Of a DNA stretch of 64,000 nt, positions 35,467 through 47,700 are shown piece by piece. Both the position numbers and the translations under genes were made by a program. This DNA is from Macrostomum lignano (lineage: Eukaryota). Positions within the stretch are counted from its first letter, which is position 1. Each line of letters starts with the position of its first letter. The notes under the pieces are model-generated. The model searched no databases, had not been told where the DNA came from, and worked only from the letters and a program-made list of their open reading frames with translations. The DNA lies in assembly GCA_002269645.1 (NCBI GenBank), contig NIVC01003257.1, forward strand, positions 1 through 64,000, written 5' to 3'.

Positions 35467-38449
35467 GCAGCACTACCTATTGGTTTGGGACTTTTTTGGT
35501 CAAGTTGTTGTTCTTGGAGAACCAGAGGCCTAGTTCCTCAGACCTTCAAATTGGCCTCTAGAAGCAGTTCCAATGCTCAATTGACCAGTGATAAAACTGC
35601 AGGGCGCAGTCAGTTATTACTGTATGTGTCTTACAATGGCTGCCCATACAATGGTGCTGCAAATCATTCTTCCGATTGGCAGGTGTGTATTTGTGTAGTA
35701 TGTTCAATTTTATTTTCTGTAATTTTTTAAGAATTAGTAATAATATCTACATATAGTTATTAAACTTTTAATTGTTAGCACTTTTTTCTTAGAAATCGCT
35801 TGTCGCTTGCACTGGCTAGAGCTGCTATTCCTTAGAAATCGCTTGTCGCTTGCACTGGCTAGAGCTGCTATTCCTTAGAAATCGCTTGTCACTTGCAATG
35901 GCTGGAGCTGCTATTTCTTAGAAATTGCTTGTTGCTTGCAATGGCTAGAGCGGCCGTTTCTTGGAAATAGCTTGTCGCTTGCAATGGCTAGAGCTGCTGT
36001 TTCTTGGAAATAGCTTGTCGCTTGCAATGGCTAGAGCGGCTGTTTCTTAGAAATCGCTTGCAATGGCTAGAGCTGCTGTTTCTTGGAAATAGCTTTTCGC
36101 TTACAATGGCTAGAGCAGCTGTTTCTTAGAAATCGCTTGCAATGGCTACAGCTGCTATTTCTTAGAAATAGCTTGTCGCTTGCAATGGCTAGATTCTATT
36201 TCTTAAAAATCACTTGAAAAGAAAAGTGCAGGCGCTATATTAAAAAATCGGTTCATCTGACACTAAAATATTGTTTGTTCTAACAAAAAAAACTGCATCA
36301 GGTTCGCTCCGTGTCCAAAGCTCTGCACCATCACCTAATCCAACTCATGGGTCCGAGCCGTTGGATCAACAGGCTAAGCATCAGCAGCCGAACTGACAAA
36401 GACGTGCACGCGCTAATGAACACAGTCAGCGTGCGTCATTCCGGACCTATCGACTATTCAGTCGCATTATTGCGCCTTATGCTTAACGCTTCGTTGAAAC
36501 AATCCGGCCAGTCTATTCGAATTCATCTTATCAGGCCGGTGCCATTGTCAAGCGGAGAATTCTCCTTAGTAACGGGAGTAGCCAGACGGGAATACGTGTA
36601 TAGATTGGCGCAGCTAGCCGAGCCGGGGCTCACCCTGATGCACCCGGAGGCAGCCTGGCTTGGCAGCAGTCGTTGGCTAGTTGAACCGCCGCTGTCCCTG
36701 GAACTGCTGCATCAGGCTGCCGGTGTGCTGAATGGAGAGCACGATTTTTCTGCGTTTACTAATTTGAATGTGAGTTTTTTCAGTTACTATAGAAACAAAA
36801 TCCAGCCAAAATCAAACCAAAGCAAACAGATTCCGTTAGAATTGTCTCCATAGCAACCCCATCCAATCAGAATCGTCCCCCAAAGCAACCCCATCCAATC
36901 AGAATCGTCCCCCAAAGCAACCCCATCCAATCAGAATCGTCCCCCAAAGCAACCCCATCCAATCAGAATCGTCCCCCAAAGCAACCCCATCCAATCAGAA
37001 TCGTCCCCCAAAGCAACCCCATCCAATCAGAATCGTCCCCAAAGCAACCCCATCCAATCAGAATCGTCCCCCAAAGCAACCCCATCCAATCAGAATCGTC
37101 CCCCAAAACAACTCCATCCAATCAGAATCGTCCCCCATAGCACTTCATCCAATCAGAATCGTCCCCCAAAGCAACCCCATCCAATCAGAATCGTCCCCCA
37201 AAGCAACCCCATCCAATCAGAATCGTCCCCCAAAACAACCTTATCCAATCATAATCGTCCCCCATAGCACTTCATCCAATCAGAATCGTCCCCCATAGCA
37301 CCCCATCCAATCAGAATTGTCCCTCATAGCACCCCATCCAATCAGAATCCGCCTAGTATCCGCTATAAGTATCCGCCCCATCTCCGACAAACCGGCAGGG
37401 CCTCAGCCGCTGTTACACTCCGCTACGCCGACTAGAAATTTGCGTCGACGACTCCGTTTCCGTGGACCGACTTCACGCCTGCAACAGTTTTACTAGCGAC
37501 TGCTTCACCGGTTGCGTTGATCTGCACTTTGGCGCTTGAAGCTTTCTTTATAAGCAGGTTCGATTTATGGCTGGAGCTTTGGTGGCGACTGCCAAGGGCA
37601 CGGTGAGTTCAAAGAGATGCCGCCAGTCCCAGTTCAAAGAGATGCCGCCAGTCCCAGTTCAAAGAGATGCCGCCAGTCCCGGTTTAAAGAGATGCCGCCA
37701 GTCACAGTTCAAAGAGATGCCGCGAGTCCCAGTTCAAAGAGATGCCGCCAGTCCCAGTTCAAAGAGATGCCGCCAGTCCCAGTTCAAAGAGATGCCGCGA
37801 GTCCCAGTTCAAAGAGATGCCGCGAGTCCCAGTTCAAAGAGATGCCGCCAGTCCCAGTTCAAAGAGATGCCGCCAGTCCCAGTTCAAAGAGATGCCGCCA
37901 GTCCCAGTTCAAAGAGATGCCGCGAGTCCCAGTTCAAAGAGATGCCGCCAGTCCCGGTTCAAAGAGATGCCGCCAGTCCCAGTTCAAAGAGATGCCGCCA
38001 GTCCCAGTTCAAAGAGATGCCGCGAGTCCCAGTTCAAAGAGATGCCGCCGCTATCTTTGTTCTTATATTGTTAGTGCAATAATAATTAATCAGTTATCAT
38101 ATTTAATTTGACCCCGCAGGTAACCCTGGACCAACTCAAAGACATGCTCAGCAATCCCCCCGATTATACGGGCTTAAAACCATACGACGCAGCGCCTCCG
38201 CATGGTCTTTATTTAAAATGCGTTTGCTACGCCAATCCCAAATGGGATCTTAACTGGCCAGACATACAGGCTGACAATGCCACTCTCAATACGGACTTTT
38301 GTCGCCAACTTTTGATAAGGTTTCGTGATAAAACCTGCCCAATGAATATTGTGGAGCTTAGTAGGGAGCACGAGGCCTACTTGGCAACGGTTGCTAAGGA
38401 AACTTCTTCGGTGGAGACCGCGAGAGATAAATCGTGTTCTAGAGTATGA
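35467..38449 (+). CDS. PUSL1: TruA-family tRNA pseudouridine synthase (PUSL1-like). Exons 35467-35682, 36302-36769, 37399-37602, 38120-38449. Start exon not established; in-frame TGA at 37537-37539 (possible pseudogene or error)
   Basis: LLYVSYNG, ISSRTDKDVHALMN (catalytic Asp motif), REYVYRL, GEHDFSAF, SFLYKQVRFMAGALV and APPHGLYLKCVCY are TruA motifs in order. All junctions are phase 0. The N-terminal part resembles a mitochondrial presequence. Confidence 0.85.
35788..36200. repeat. 43-bp minisatellite (TTAGAAATCGCTTGTCGCTTGCACTGGCTAGAGCTGCTATTCC) in a PUSL1 intron
   Basis: Direct reading. Confidence 0.92.
36853..37348. repeat. 32-bp minisatellite (CAAAGCAACCCCATCCAATCAGAATCGTCCCC) in a PUSL1 intron
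   Basis: Direct reading. Confidence 0.95.
37606..38050. repeat. 25-bp minisatellite (AGTTCAAAGAGATGCCGCCAGTCCC) in the last PUSL1 intron
   Basis: Begins 3 nt into the intron, overlapping the GTGAGT donor. Confidence 0.95.
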
Positions 38450-38552
38450 TCTGAGTGAACTCGGAGCTTTGCTAATTTGATTTTTATGCATCAAAATCTG
38501 ATGCTTCTAAGTACATTTTGTACTCTTTATTCAAACACTTTGTTACTAGGCC

Positions 38553-38718
38553 ACAGGCACAGCCAGCCTCCCAGATCCTCAGTTGCTGGGCCAGCCTCCC
38601 AGATCCTCAGTTGCTGGGCCAGCCTCTCAGATCCTCAGTTGCTGGGCCAGCCTCCCAGATGCTCAGTTGCTGGGCCAACAGCCTCCCAGATCCTCAGTTG
38701 CTGGGCCAGCCTCCCAGA
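38553..38718. repeat. Short array of the 28-bp family, reverse orientation, between PUSL1 and EBAG9
   Basis: CAGCCTCCCAGATCCTCAGTTGCTGGGC is the reverse complement of the 13.8-kb and 52-kb unit. Confidence 0.95.
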
Positions 38719-38949
38719 CTCGAGTTGCTGCGCTTCAGTCCATCGATAATATGAAACAGCATCTGTTGAATCAGCTCTGAGAAACCACTTACTTATTTTT
38801 AGTACCAACTTATTTAGGTCGGCATCACTGCATTTTACAAATGATTGTTCCCCTTTATGTGGCATTTTTTCATCGGCGAAAATTACTATCGACAATTGCA
38901 AATTGTGTTGTGTCTGATTTGTTTCGATAAAATAAAGTCAATCACTTAT

Positions 38950-39184
38950 ATGATCAATTGTGTAGGCTACTTGCAACCATTTTCGTTGGCTTTTAGACTA
39001 TTTTCATTTATTCAAAAGGTTTATAATTTCAATAAAAAATAAACAGACAGACAGACAGACAGATGACAGGCAGATAGACAGAAGGACAGACAGACAGACA
39101 GACAGATGACAGGCAGATAGACAGAAGGACAGACAGACAGACAGACAGATACACAGACAGACAGACAGATACACAGACAGACAC

Positions 39185-39217
<33 letters not shown>

Positions 39218-39232
39218 TACACAGACAGACAC

Positions 39233-39293
<61 letters not shown>

Positions 39294-39632
39294 TAAACAG
39301 ACAGACAGGCGGACAAACAGGCAGGCGGACAGACAGACAGACAGACAGGCAGGCAGGCAGACAGACAGACAGACAGACAGGCGGACAAACAGGCAGGCGG
39401 ACAGACAGACAGACTGACAAACAGGCAGGCGGACAGACAGACAGACTGACAAACAGACAGGCGGACAGACAGACAGACTGACGGACAGACAGGCGGACAG
39501 ACAGACTGACAGACAGATAGACAGATAGACATACAGACAAACAAACAGACTGACAGGTGGACAGACAGACAGGCGGACAAACAGGCAGGCGGACAGACAG
39601 ACAGACAGACAGACAGGCAGGCAGACAGATAC

Positions 39633-39699
<67 letters not shown>

Positions 39700-40321
39700 G
39701 GCGGACAAACAGGCAGGCGGACAGACAGACAGACTGACAAACAGACAGGCAGGCGGACAGACGGACAGACAGACAGGCAGGCGGACAGACAGACAGACTG
39801 ACAGACAGATAAACAAAGAGACATGCACACAGACAGACTAATCTGTATGCCATACCTCCCCATTCCCGCTGCTGCGCCAGCTGTGGGCCGTACTCCTGGC
39901 CCTATTCCGTCGGGCGCTGTGCTTTCTAAGCATAGTGCGGCAGAGGCGGCCGTCGGGCACCCCCCTGCCAATGTATCACCAGCAGCAGCATCAGCAGCCG
40001 CCCAGCTTAGACCCGTCAGCCGGTGACGGTTTCACAGCCTGGTCTGATTGGGGAGGCTCTGGGGAGCCCTCAACAGTCGCCTCATCTACTGCAGCTGCTG
40101 CCGCCGCCGCTACTAATGTCTCAAATAATCCCGAAGACCTTCTGCTTCGCGATTTAGAACCGCGCGTGTCAAAGACTCGGAAAGTCTACGTTGGACCCAA
40201 ACAACAGCAGCAGCAGCAGCAAATGCAACAGCAACAATTAGCCTATAGACAGGATTTATCGATTGGGGCGGTGTCTAATCAGCTTGGCGATTGGCATGAC
40301 AATTCTGGTTGGGACGAATAA
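38950..40321 (+). CDS. EBAG9: EBAG9/RCAS1-like protein, 169 aa. Exons 38950-39018, 39881-40321
   Basis: FRLFSFIQK|LWAVLLALFRRALC, FTAWSDW, DLLLRDLEPRVSKTRKVYV and LAYRQDL...LGDWHDNSGWDE parallel recalled EBAG9 blocks (FRLFKF, WTSWD, DYFKDMTPTIRKTQKI, LAATQDL, WQENTNAWEE). The first donor (GTTTAT) is weak. Confidence 0.75.
39043..39837. repeat. (GACA)n microsatellite filling the EBAG9 intron
   Basis: Direct reading. Confidence 0.97.
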
Positions 40322-40689
40322 TTTCAATAATTGCAGTGTTTTGTTTTGTATAAAAATGTGCTTTTATTTTCTACTTAGAAATTTTGTTGGTCAGTAGTAT
40401 AGTTGCAATTCATTGTTTTTTCCTCTTACAGATATTAAGCGACGTTTGCTTTCTTTGCTACTCTACAATGTAAGCTGGATAAACCTAGCTAAAGTAGTAT
40501 GTTTCGTCTTGGCTTTTATTGTTTGTCCCGGCTTGAAATTAATCACGAGTTTTCTAATAGCAACAACTTATTTTGTATTCTATATGTTAATTCAAATTTT
40601 ATTATTTGCTAATCATTTCTTTCTATGCCCGGTTTGTTTAAATGATGACAGTTAAAATCGTTATTGGCGTTGCCCGCGTAATCTAAAGG

Positions 40690-40932
40690 CTGAGATTTTC
40701 CGAATTTAAATGGTGAGATTTCCGTAATCTAAAGAATGAGATTTCCGGAGTCTTCAAGGTGAGATTTCCGGAATTTAAATGGTGAGCTTTACGGAATCTA
40801 AAGGGTGAGATTTCCGAAATCTAATGGGTGAGATTTCCAGAATCTAAAGAGTGAGATTTCTGGAATCTGAAGGTGAGATTTTCGGAATCTAAAGGATGAG
40901 ATTTCCGGAATGCGGAATCTAAATGTTGAGAT
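40690..40932. repeat. Degenerate 23-bp minisatellite (GGTGAGATTTCCGGAATCTAAAG)
   Basis: Direct reading; each unit is near-palindromic around TCCGGA. Confidence 0.85.
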
Positions 40933-42069
40933 TGCATTAAGCTAAAGCAGAATTTCCATGATCTACCTTGCAATTGTTATTTTTGAGATCTGAAAGGACA
41001 TTTCTAGAATCTTGGGTAAAAATTTCTGGAAGCGAAAGGTTTAGTTTTGATATGTAGTCAGGATGTTCTCAGCTAATTTGACAGTGATAATTTGGTCACA
41101 GCTATATTGGGTGTCCTTGAATCATCTTTAGTATACTGTACTGCTTTATCTCGGATTTCTAACCTTTTTCAGTATAAATTGAACAAAACAATTTCCAATA
41201 TGCAGTTCTTATTGCCTCTATCAGTGACTGTGTGTACTTTAGTATAAAATTAAGCGTGTTGGTGATTTCTCCAAAGAATGCTGAAAGCACTGCATCGTAT
41301 ATTGCCCGGCCGCGAATGTCTTGATGAAATGAACCAATAACTATAAATATATTCATTTAATGACGTAAATGCTAGTTCACTCGAATATTTGACTGTGGAG
41401 TGGATTACAATTAATTATTTTCGTTTGTCTTAAATTAATACGAGCTTATCATTGTTTTACAGAATCAAGCAATTTATATTTACATATACTTTGTAGACTG
41501 GAGAATGCCCAATGGAACAACGAAAATTCGGAGTACTAAAACAAAAGTTGTATGTACTTATATCTACATTTTCTTCCCAATACTAATACTATATTCTTAG
41601 TGAGTCCTGAAAGCCCCAAAGGCTCAAATCCAGTAAAGTACGTTACTGTTTACCGTACGACCTGCACTTACAGTTAATGGGTGGGCCGGTCACGTGATCA
41701 GCTGGTCGACCTTGAATTTTGCTCTCTCTTAGCCAATAAAGAAATCGCGTTTATTGCTTCAGCTGCAGAGGCGAGAAAGGGTTGGATTGAGAAAATAATC
41801 GCGGGCGCACGTTTTATGACCGGTTTGGGGTGGCTGGCTGGCTGGGTTGCCCACAAGCCGGCGTGGCCCCCCTTACCTTATTCGTACCCACCCCTCTCCG
41901 CCACCGTTATTCACAGTGACTGTACATTCAATTCCAGTTCTTGCGCTTTTACTACCCCCCAACCTACCACCCTCCGCGCGCTCTTAAGACCAGTTTGTCC
42001 GGAAAATCCACCCCAGGCCCGTACCTCTAATGCACAGTAAAAACGCGCAGGCGAATCTAGGGGGGGGGG

Positions 42070-42473
42070 TATAAAAACTGCTTGCTTGAACCCCGTTTTC
42101 TGTCTGCCAACATTCTGCGACTCCCTATTCTTCTACCCAATTCTCTTTCGCAGTAATTTAAGCCTGCTTTCCTGCCTTCAGAAAGAAATAATAGCGTGTC
42201 TTCTAGGCATTTTAACCGTCCGTCCGTTCTGTATGTTGTACTTTTCTGTCGTAAAACACCCCTGTTCTATCATCGCTGCTAAGTGTTTCGTTCTTAGTAA
42301 TTCTAAGAATTCACTATTAAATTATAGAGCATTCCGCTCATTTTGTATTGTGAATTAAAATAACGGCCTTGAGAACTAAGAAAGATCAGTTGATATTTAT
42401 TACCTTATTGTTACTCATCTTGCATAACCATCGTCGGAGGAAATCAAAAACTTTTTTGTCGACACGGAATACG
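42070..42473 (+). promoter_or_regulatory. Possible TATA box and non-coding first exon of TAT
   Basis: TATAAAA at 42070 and a strong donor ACG|GTAAGC at 42473/42474, followed by AT-rich and satellite sequence up to acceptors just before the TAT ATG. Inference only. Confidence 0.3.
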
Positions 42474-43221
42474 GTAAGCATATTGGTTGTTTTTCTTTAT
42501 TATGCAGCAAATAATTATTTTATTGCATGTAAAATTTATTGAAAGTAGAAAGTAAAATAAAAATCGAAATAAAATACATTATCTGATATCTCTAAGAAAA
42601 GTACATTAAAAATCAGTGCAAATTTAGCGCACTTAGTCGTTGTCTAAACATTTTTGTGTAATCAATAATCAAACGTCAACTTCAAAGGAAGATATGGCCA
42701 GCATTATAATAAGGGGGTGTGTCGTTATACTTGGGCTTAGTGCACGTGTCCTGTGCTTAGTAAATTAACTTAAATTAAAACAAATTTGCCTCGTGAGAAA
42801 GACTAAGAAAGCTGCAAAATTTAACAGAAACTTGACAAACCCGATAGAAAATCTCTTCTCTTCTTCTGTTTACTAAGTGACAAAGTCAAGCTTAATGCAC
42901 AGTTTAAAGAGTCGGTGCAGACCATGCAACATTTCTAGCTAGTCAAACGCTGGTATCTTATTGTGCTTTCGGAATTTAACCAGAATTGCCTAACCTATAC
43001 AGCCTATATCTCTGGCTGATTCTATTTATTAGATAGGAAAAAGCCAGTGACCTTGAAAATTTCAACAGTTTAAATAAACAACAATTTACCTTAGTAGCCC
43101 AGATATAGTTGACTCCAGATCGAAGCAAAATTAGTGACTTCAGTATACAATTATAAAATGTCTAGGTGTTGCCTAGGCTTATGCTGGCTGATAATTTTCA
43201 GTGACAAATTTAATGTATCTG

Positions 43222-44662
43222 ACGAGGGCGCCAAATTAAGTGTCTCAGGAGGGTGCGCAGATTGAGTGTCTGAGGAGGGCGCCAAGTTAAGTGTTTGAGG
43301 GCGCCAAATTAAGTGTCTGAGAGCGCCAGATTGAGTGTCTGAGAGCGCCAGATTGAGTGTCTGAGAGCGCCAAATTGAGTGTCTGAGAGCGCCAGATTGA
43401 GTGTCTGAGAGCGCCAAATTGAGTGTCTGAGAGTGCCAGATTGAGTGTCTGAGAGCGCCAGATTGAGTGTCTGAGAGCGCCAGATTGAGTGTCTGAGAGC
43501 GCCAAATTGAGTGTCTGAGAGCGCCAGATTGAGTGTCTGAGAGCGCCAAATTGAGTGTCTGAGAGTGCCAGATTGAGTGTCTGAGAGCGCCAGATTGAGT
43601 GTCTGAGAGCGCCAGATTGAGTGTCTGAGAGCGCCAGATTGAGTGTCTGAGAGTGCCAGATTGAGTGTCTGAGAGTGCCAGATTGAGTGTCTGAGAGCGC
43701 CAGATTGAGAGTGCCAGATTGAGTGTCTGAGAGCGCCAGATTGAGTGTCTGAGAGCGCCAGATTGAGTGTCTGAGAGCGCCAGATTGAGTGTCTGAGAGC
43801 GCCAGATCGAGTGTCTGAGAGCGCCAGATTGAGTGTCTGAGAGCGCCAAATTGAGTGTCTGAGAGTGCCAAATTGAGTGTCTGAGAGTGCCAGATTGAGT
43901 GTCTGAGAGCGCCAGATTGAGTGTCTGAGAGCGCCAGATTGAGTGTCTGAGAGCGCCAAATTGAGTGTCTGAGAGCGCCAGATTGAGTGTCTGAGAGCGC
44001 CAAATTGAGTGTCTGAGAGTGCCAGATTGAGTGTCTGAGAGCGCCAGATTGAGTGTCTGAGAGCGCCAGATTGAGTGTCTGAGAGTGCCAGATTGAGTGT
44101 CTGAGAGTGCCAGATTGAGTGTCTGAGAGCGCCAGATTGAGAGTGCCAGATTGAGTGTCTGAGAGCGCCAGATTGAGTGTCTGAGAGCGCCAGATTGAGT
44201 GTCTGAGAGCGCCAGATTGAGTGTCTGAGAGCGCCAGATCGAGTGTCTGAGAGCGCCAGATTGAGTGCCTGAGAGCGCCAAATTGAGTGTCTGAGAGTGC
44301 CAGATTGAGTGTCTGAGAGTGCCAGATTGAGTGTCTGAGAGTGCCAGATTGAGTGTCTGAGAGTGCCAGATTGAGTGTCTGAGAGCGCCAGATTGAGTGT
44401 CTGAGAGCGCCAGATTGAGTGTCTGAGAGTGCCAGATTGAGTGTCTGAGAGTGCCAGATTGAGTGTCTGAGAGTGCCAGATTGAGTGTCTGAGAGCGCCA
44501 GATTGAGTGTCTGAGAGCGCCAGATTGAGTTCTGAGAGCGCCAGATTGAGTGTCTGAGAGCGCCAAATTGAGTGTCTGAGAGCGCCAGATTGAGTGTCTG
44601 AGAGCGCCAAATTGAGTGTCTGAGAGCGCCAGATTGAGTGTCTGAGAGCGCCAGATTGAGTG
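43222..44662. repeat. 22-bp minisatellite (GAGAGCGCCAGATTGAGTGTCT) upstream of the TAT start codon
   Basis: Direct reading; the 22-aa periodicity of the spurious ORFs equals 3 x 22 bp. Confidence 0.97.
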
Positions 44663-44772
44663 CATCTATACAGTGTGACAGAGCCAACACGGGAGAGTAA
44701 CTGCGGATGTACATGAAACTCCTGCACAACACAATGCATTGCAGATAAGAGTGTTCAAGCAGCTCAGCAATC

Positions 44773-47700
44773 ATGCGAAAGACTAGCGAAGTTGCTATCC
44801 AGCAACAGCAGCAACAGCAGAAGATGTCACTGAAACGCAAATCCATGCTAGCACAGAATCCTGCGAACGATATCGATGGGAGAATTGTGCCTGCCCCGAA
44901 GGAGCCGAGAACCAACGGATCCGCCGCCAACTTCAAGAAGCCTCTTATTCGAGTTCGCGAACAATGGCACTGCCCGATGAGTCGCATGGCTCAGTGCACC
45001 TCTAATCCGATTAGAAAAATTGTCGACCAAATGAAATTGACCCCCAATCCGGAGAAAAAGATGATCGCCCTGTCAATCGGCGATCCGACCATATTTGGTA
45101 ATCTGTCTCCGCCGGAACAGCTTCTGGATTTGGTTGACAAGCGCCTGCGGAACGGCAAATGCAATGGGTACGCCCCGTCTGTTGGGTACGAGCCAGCCAG
45201 AACTGCCGTGGCCAAGTACTCCGTCTGCGAGGGATATCAAAATCTTGAGGCCAAGGTTTGTCTTTATTGTTGTGGTCTTGCTTTTGTGTCTTTTCAAACC
45301 GTCCTTGGATTCTCTTCAGTATGTGCCCCCTCAGTTGCTGTCCCCTCAGCTCCTTCAGTGGCTGTCCCCTCAGCTCCTTCAGTGGCTGTCCCCTCAGCTC
45401 CTTCAGTGACTGTCCCCTCAGCTCCTTCAGTGGCTGTCCCCTCAGCTCCTTCAGTGGAGCTGTCCCCTCAGCTCCTTCAGTGGAGCTGTCCCCTCAGCTC
45501 CTTCAGTGACTGTCCCCTCAGCTCCTTCAGTGGCTGTCCCCTCAGCTCCTTCAGTGGAACTGTCCCCTCAGCTCCTTCAGTGGAGCTGTCCCCTCAGATC
45601 CTTCAGTGACTGTCCCCTCAGCTCCTTCAGTGACTGTCCCCTCAGCTCCTTCAGTGGCTATCCCCTCAGCTCCTTCAGTGGCTGTCCCCTCAGATCCTTC
45701 AGTGGAGCTGTCCTCTCAGCTCATTCAGTGGCTGTCCCCTCAGATCCTTCAGTGGCTGTCCCCTCGGATCCTTCAGTGAAGCTGTCCTCTCAGCTCCTTC
45801 AGTGGCTGTCCCCTCAGATCCTTCAGTGAAGCTGTCCTCTCAGCTCATTCAGTGGCTGTCCCCTCAGATCCTTCAGTGGCTGTCCCCTCAGATCCTTCAG
45901 TGAAGCTGTCCTCTCAGCTCCTTCAGTGGCTGTCCCCTCAGATCCTTCAGTGAAGCTGTCCTCTCAGCTCATTCAGTGGCTGTCCCCTCAGATCCTTCAG
46001 TGGAGCTGTCCTCTCAGCTCATTCAGTGGCTGTCCCCTCAGATCCTTCAGTGACTGTCCCCTCAGCTCATTCAGTGGCTGTCCCCTCAGCTCCTTCAGTG
46101 ACTGTCCCCTCAGCTCCTTCAGTGACTGTCCCCTCAGATCCTTCAGTGGGTGCCGCAGCCTAGTAAGGTGCTAACATGTGTTTCCAAAGGTATTGCATGT
46201 CTGTGTGACTGCCAGCCGCTCTATAGCTCGTAGCTCTGTTTGACGTGACCAATAACCTCCCATGCTGCGGGCCGGTGGCTGTGCATTAGGTGAGCCAGCT
46301 GTAGTATGGTCACTCAACTCCTGATATGATCTTAACACAGGCGCATTATCTTATCGGCAATAAGAAATAGTTTGTGACGCTCTGTTCGAGACTGCAGAAA
46401 TCTAGTTAAAGATTTTTTAGTATTTTCGCTATAATTTTTGCTCTAGTTTTACGAATGGTTGACAAGCGTGACGTCACCGATTACAATGGCAGTTTATTCA
46501 CCAATTATAGCTCCTTACTCACCCATTCACAAACTTCAGTGTCATCCATTCACCGATATCAGTGCCATATTCACCAATATCAGTGCCATATTCACCAATA
46601 TCAGTGCCATATTCACCAAATTCAGTGCCATGTTCACCAAATCCAGTGCCATATTCACCAATGTCAGTGCCGTATTCACCCAATCAAATATTCACAAAAA
46701 TTCAGTGCCTAAAGCATCAGTCTTGGCTGTTAATTCCATCTTGAATTCTATTTCAGCTTAGGTCAATTTGGTGCTGTACACGTAGTACATATTTTTTTGC
46801 ATTTTTACGTTTCCAGTACTTTTAAAAAATCAAGTCCCGTGTTCACGCATTCACGCTCGTTCGTCGTGTAATTCAGCAAAAATTATAAACCTAAACCGTT
46901 ATTAAACAGGCTACAATGACCCGTTCTCTATGCAAACTGTATATCTATAGCGGTCGGTAGATAGATGCTTTATAGAAATTCTAGCATCTGACTACACGTG
47001 TGTCAGACTTCAAAGAACGGAGACCGGCAAACGCAAGTACGCTTGTGTATACATACCAGAGCGAATTCAAATTGACCACGCTCAACTGGCGTGATATTTC
47101 AAGTTTGTACTTTGCGCTGCAATTACTCTGGCTGTCTTGCCTTGGGTGTATCTGCTGCTGCAGTACAGTTAAAGCTTGCATGCATTGTTCCTGAATAACT
47201 TATAATCATTCTGGTCGATTTGCATTGAGTACATGCCTTTGGGAAGACATGAGAACAGGGGAAAAAGAATTGAGAACAGGGGAAAGGAGAATTGAGAACA
47301 GGGGAAAGGAGAATTGAGAACAGGGGAAAAGAGAATTGAGAGCAGGGGGAGGAGAATTGAGAGCAGGGGGAGGAGAATTGAGAGCAGGGGGAGGAGAATT
47401 GAGAGCAGGGGAGGAGAATTGAGAGCAGGGGGAGGAGAATTGAGAGCAGGGGGGAGGAGAATTGAGAGCAGGGGAGGAGAATTGAGAGCAGGGGGAGGAG
47501 AATTGAGAGCAGGGGGAGGAGAATTGAGAGCAGGGGGAGGAGAATTGAGAGCAGGGGGAGGAGAATTGAGAGCAGGGGGAGGAGAATTGAGAGCAGGGGA
47601 AAGGAGAATTGAGAGCAGGGGGAGGAGAATTGAGAGCAGGGGGAGGAGAATTGAGAGCAGGGGGAGGAGAATTGAGAGCAGGGGGAGGAGAATTGAGAGC

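Noticed and set aside
38440-38520. SECIS element that would make the PUSL1 TGA selenocysteine
   Set aside because: ATGA...GA encloses only a 5-6-bp stem rather than the usual ~11-12 bp, and the aligned residue is not Cys in TruA proteins as I recall them.
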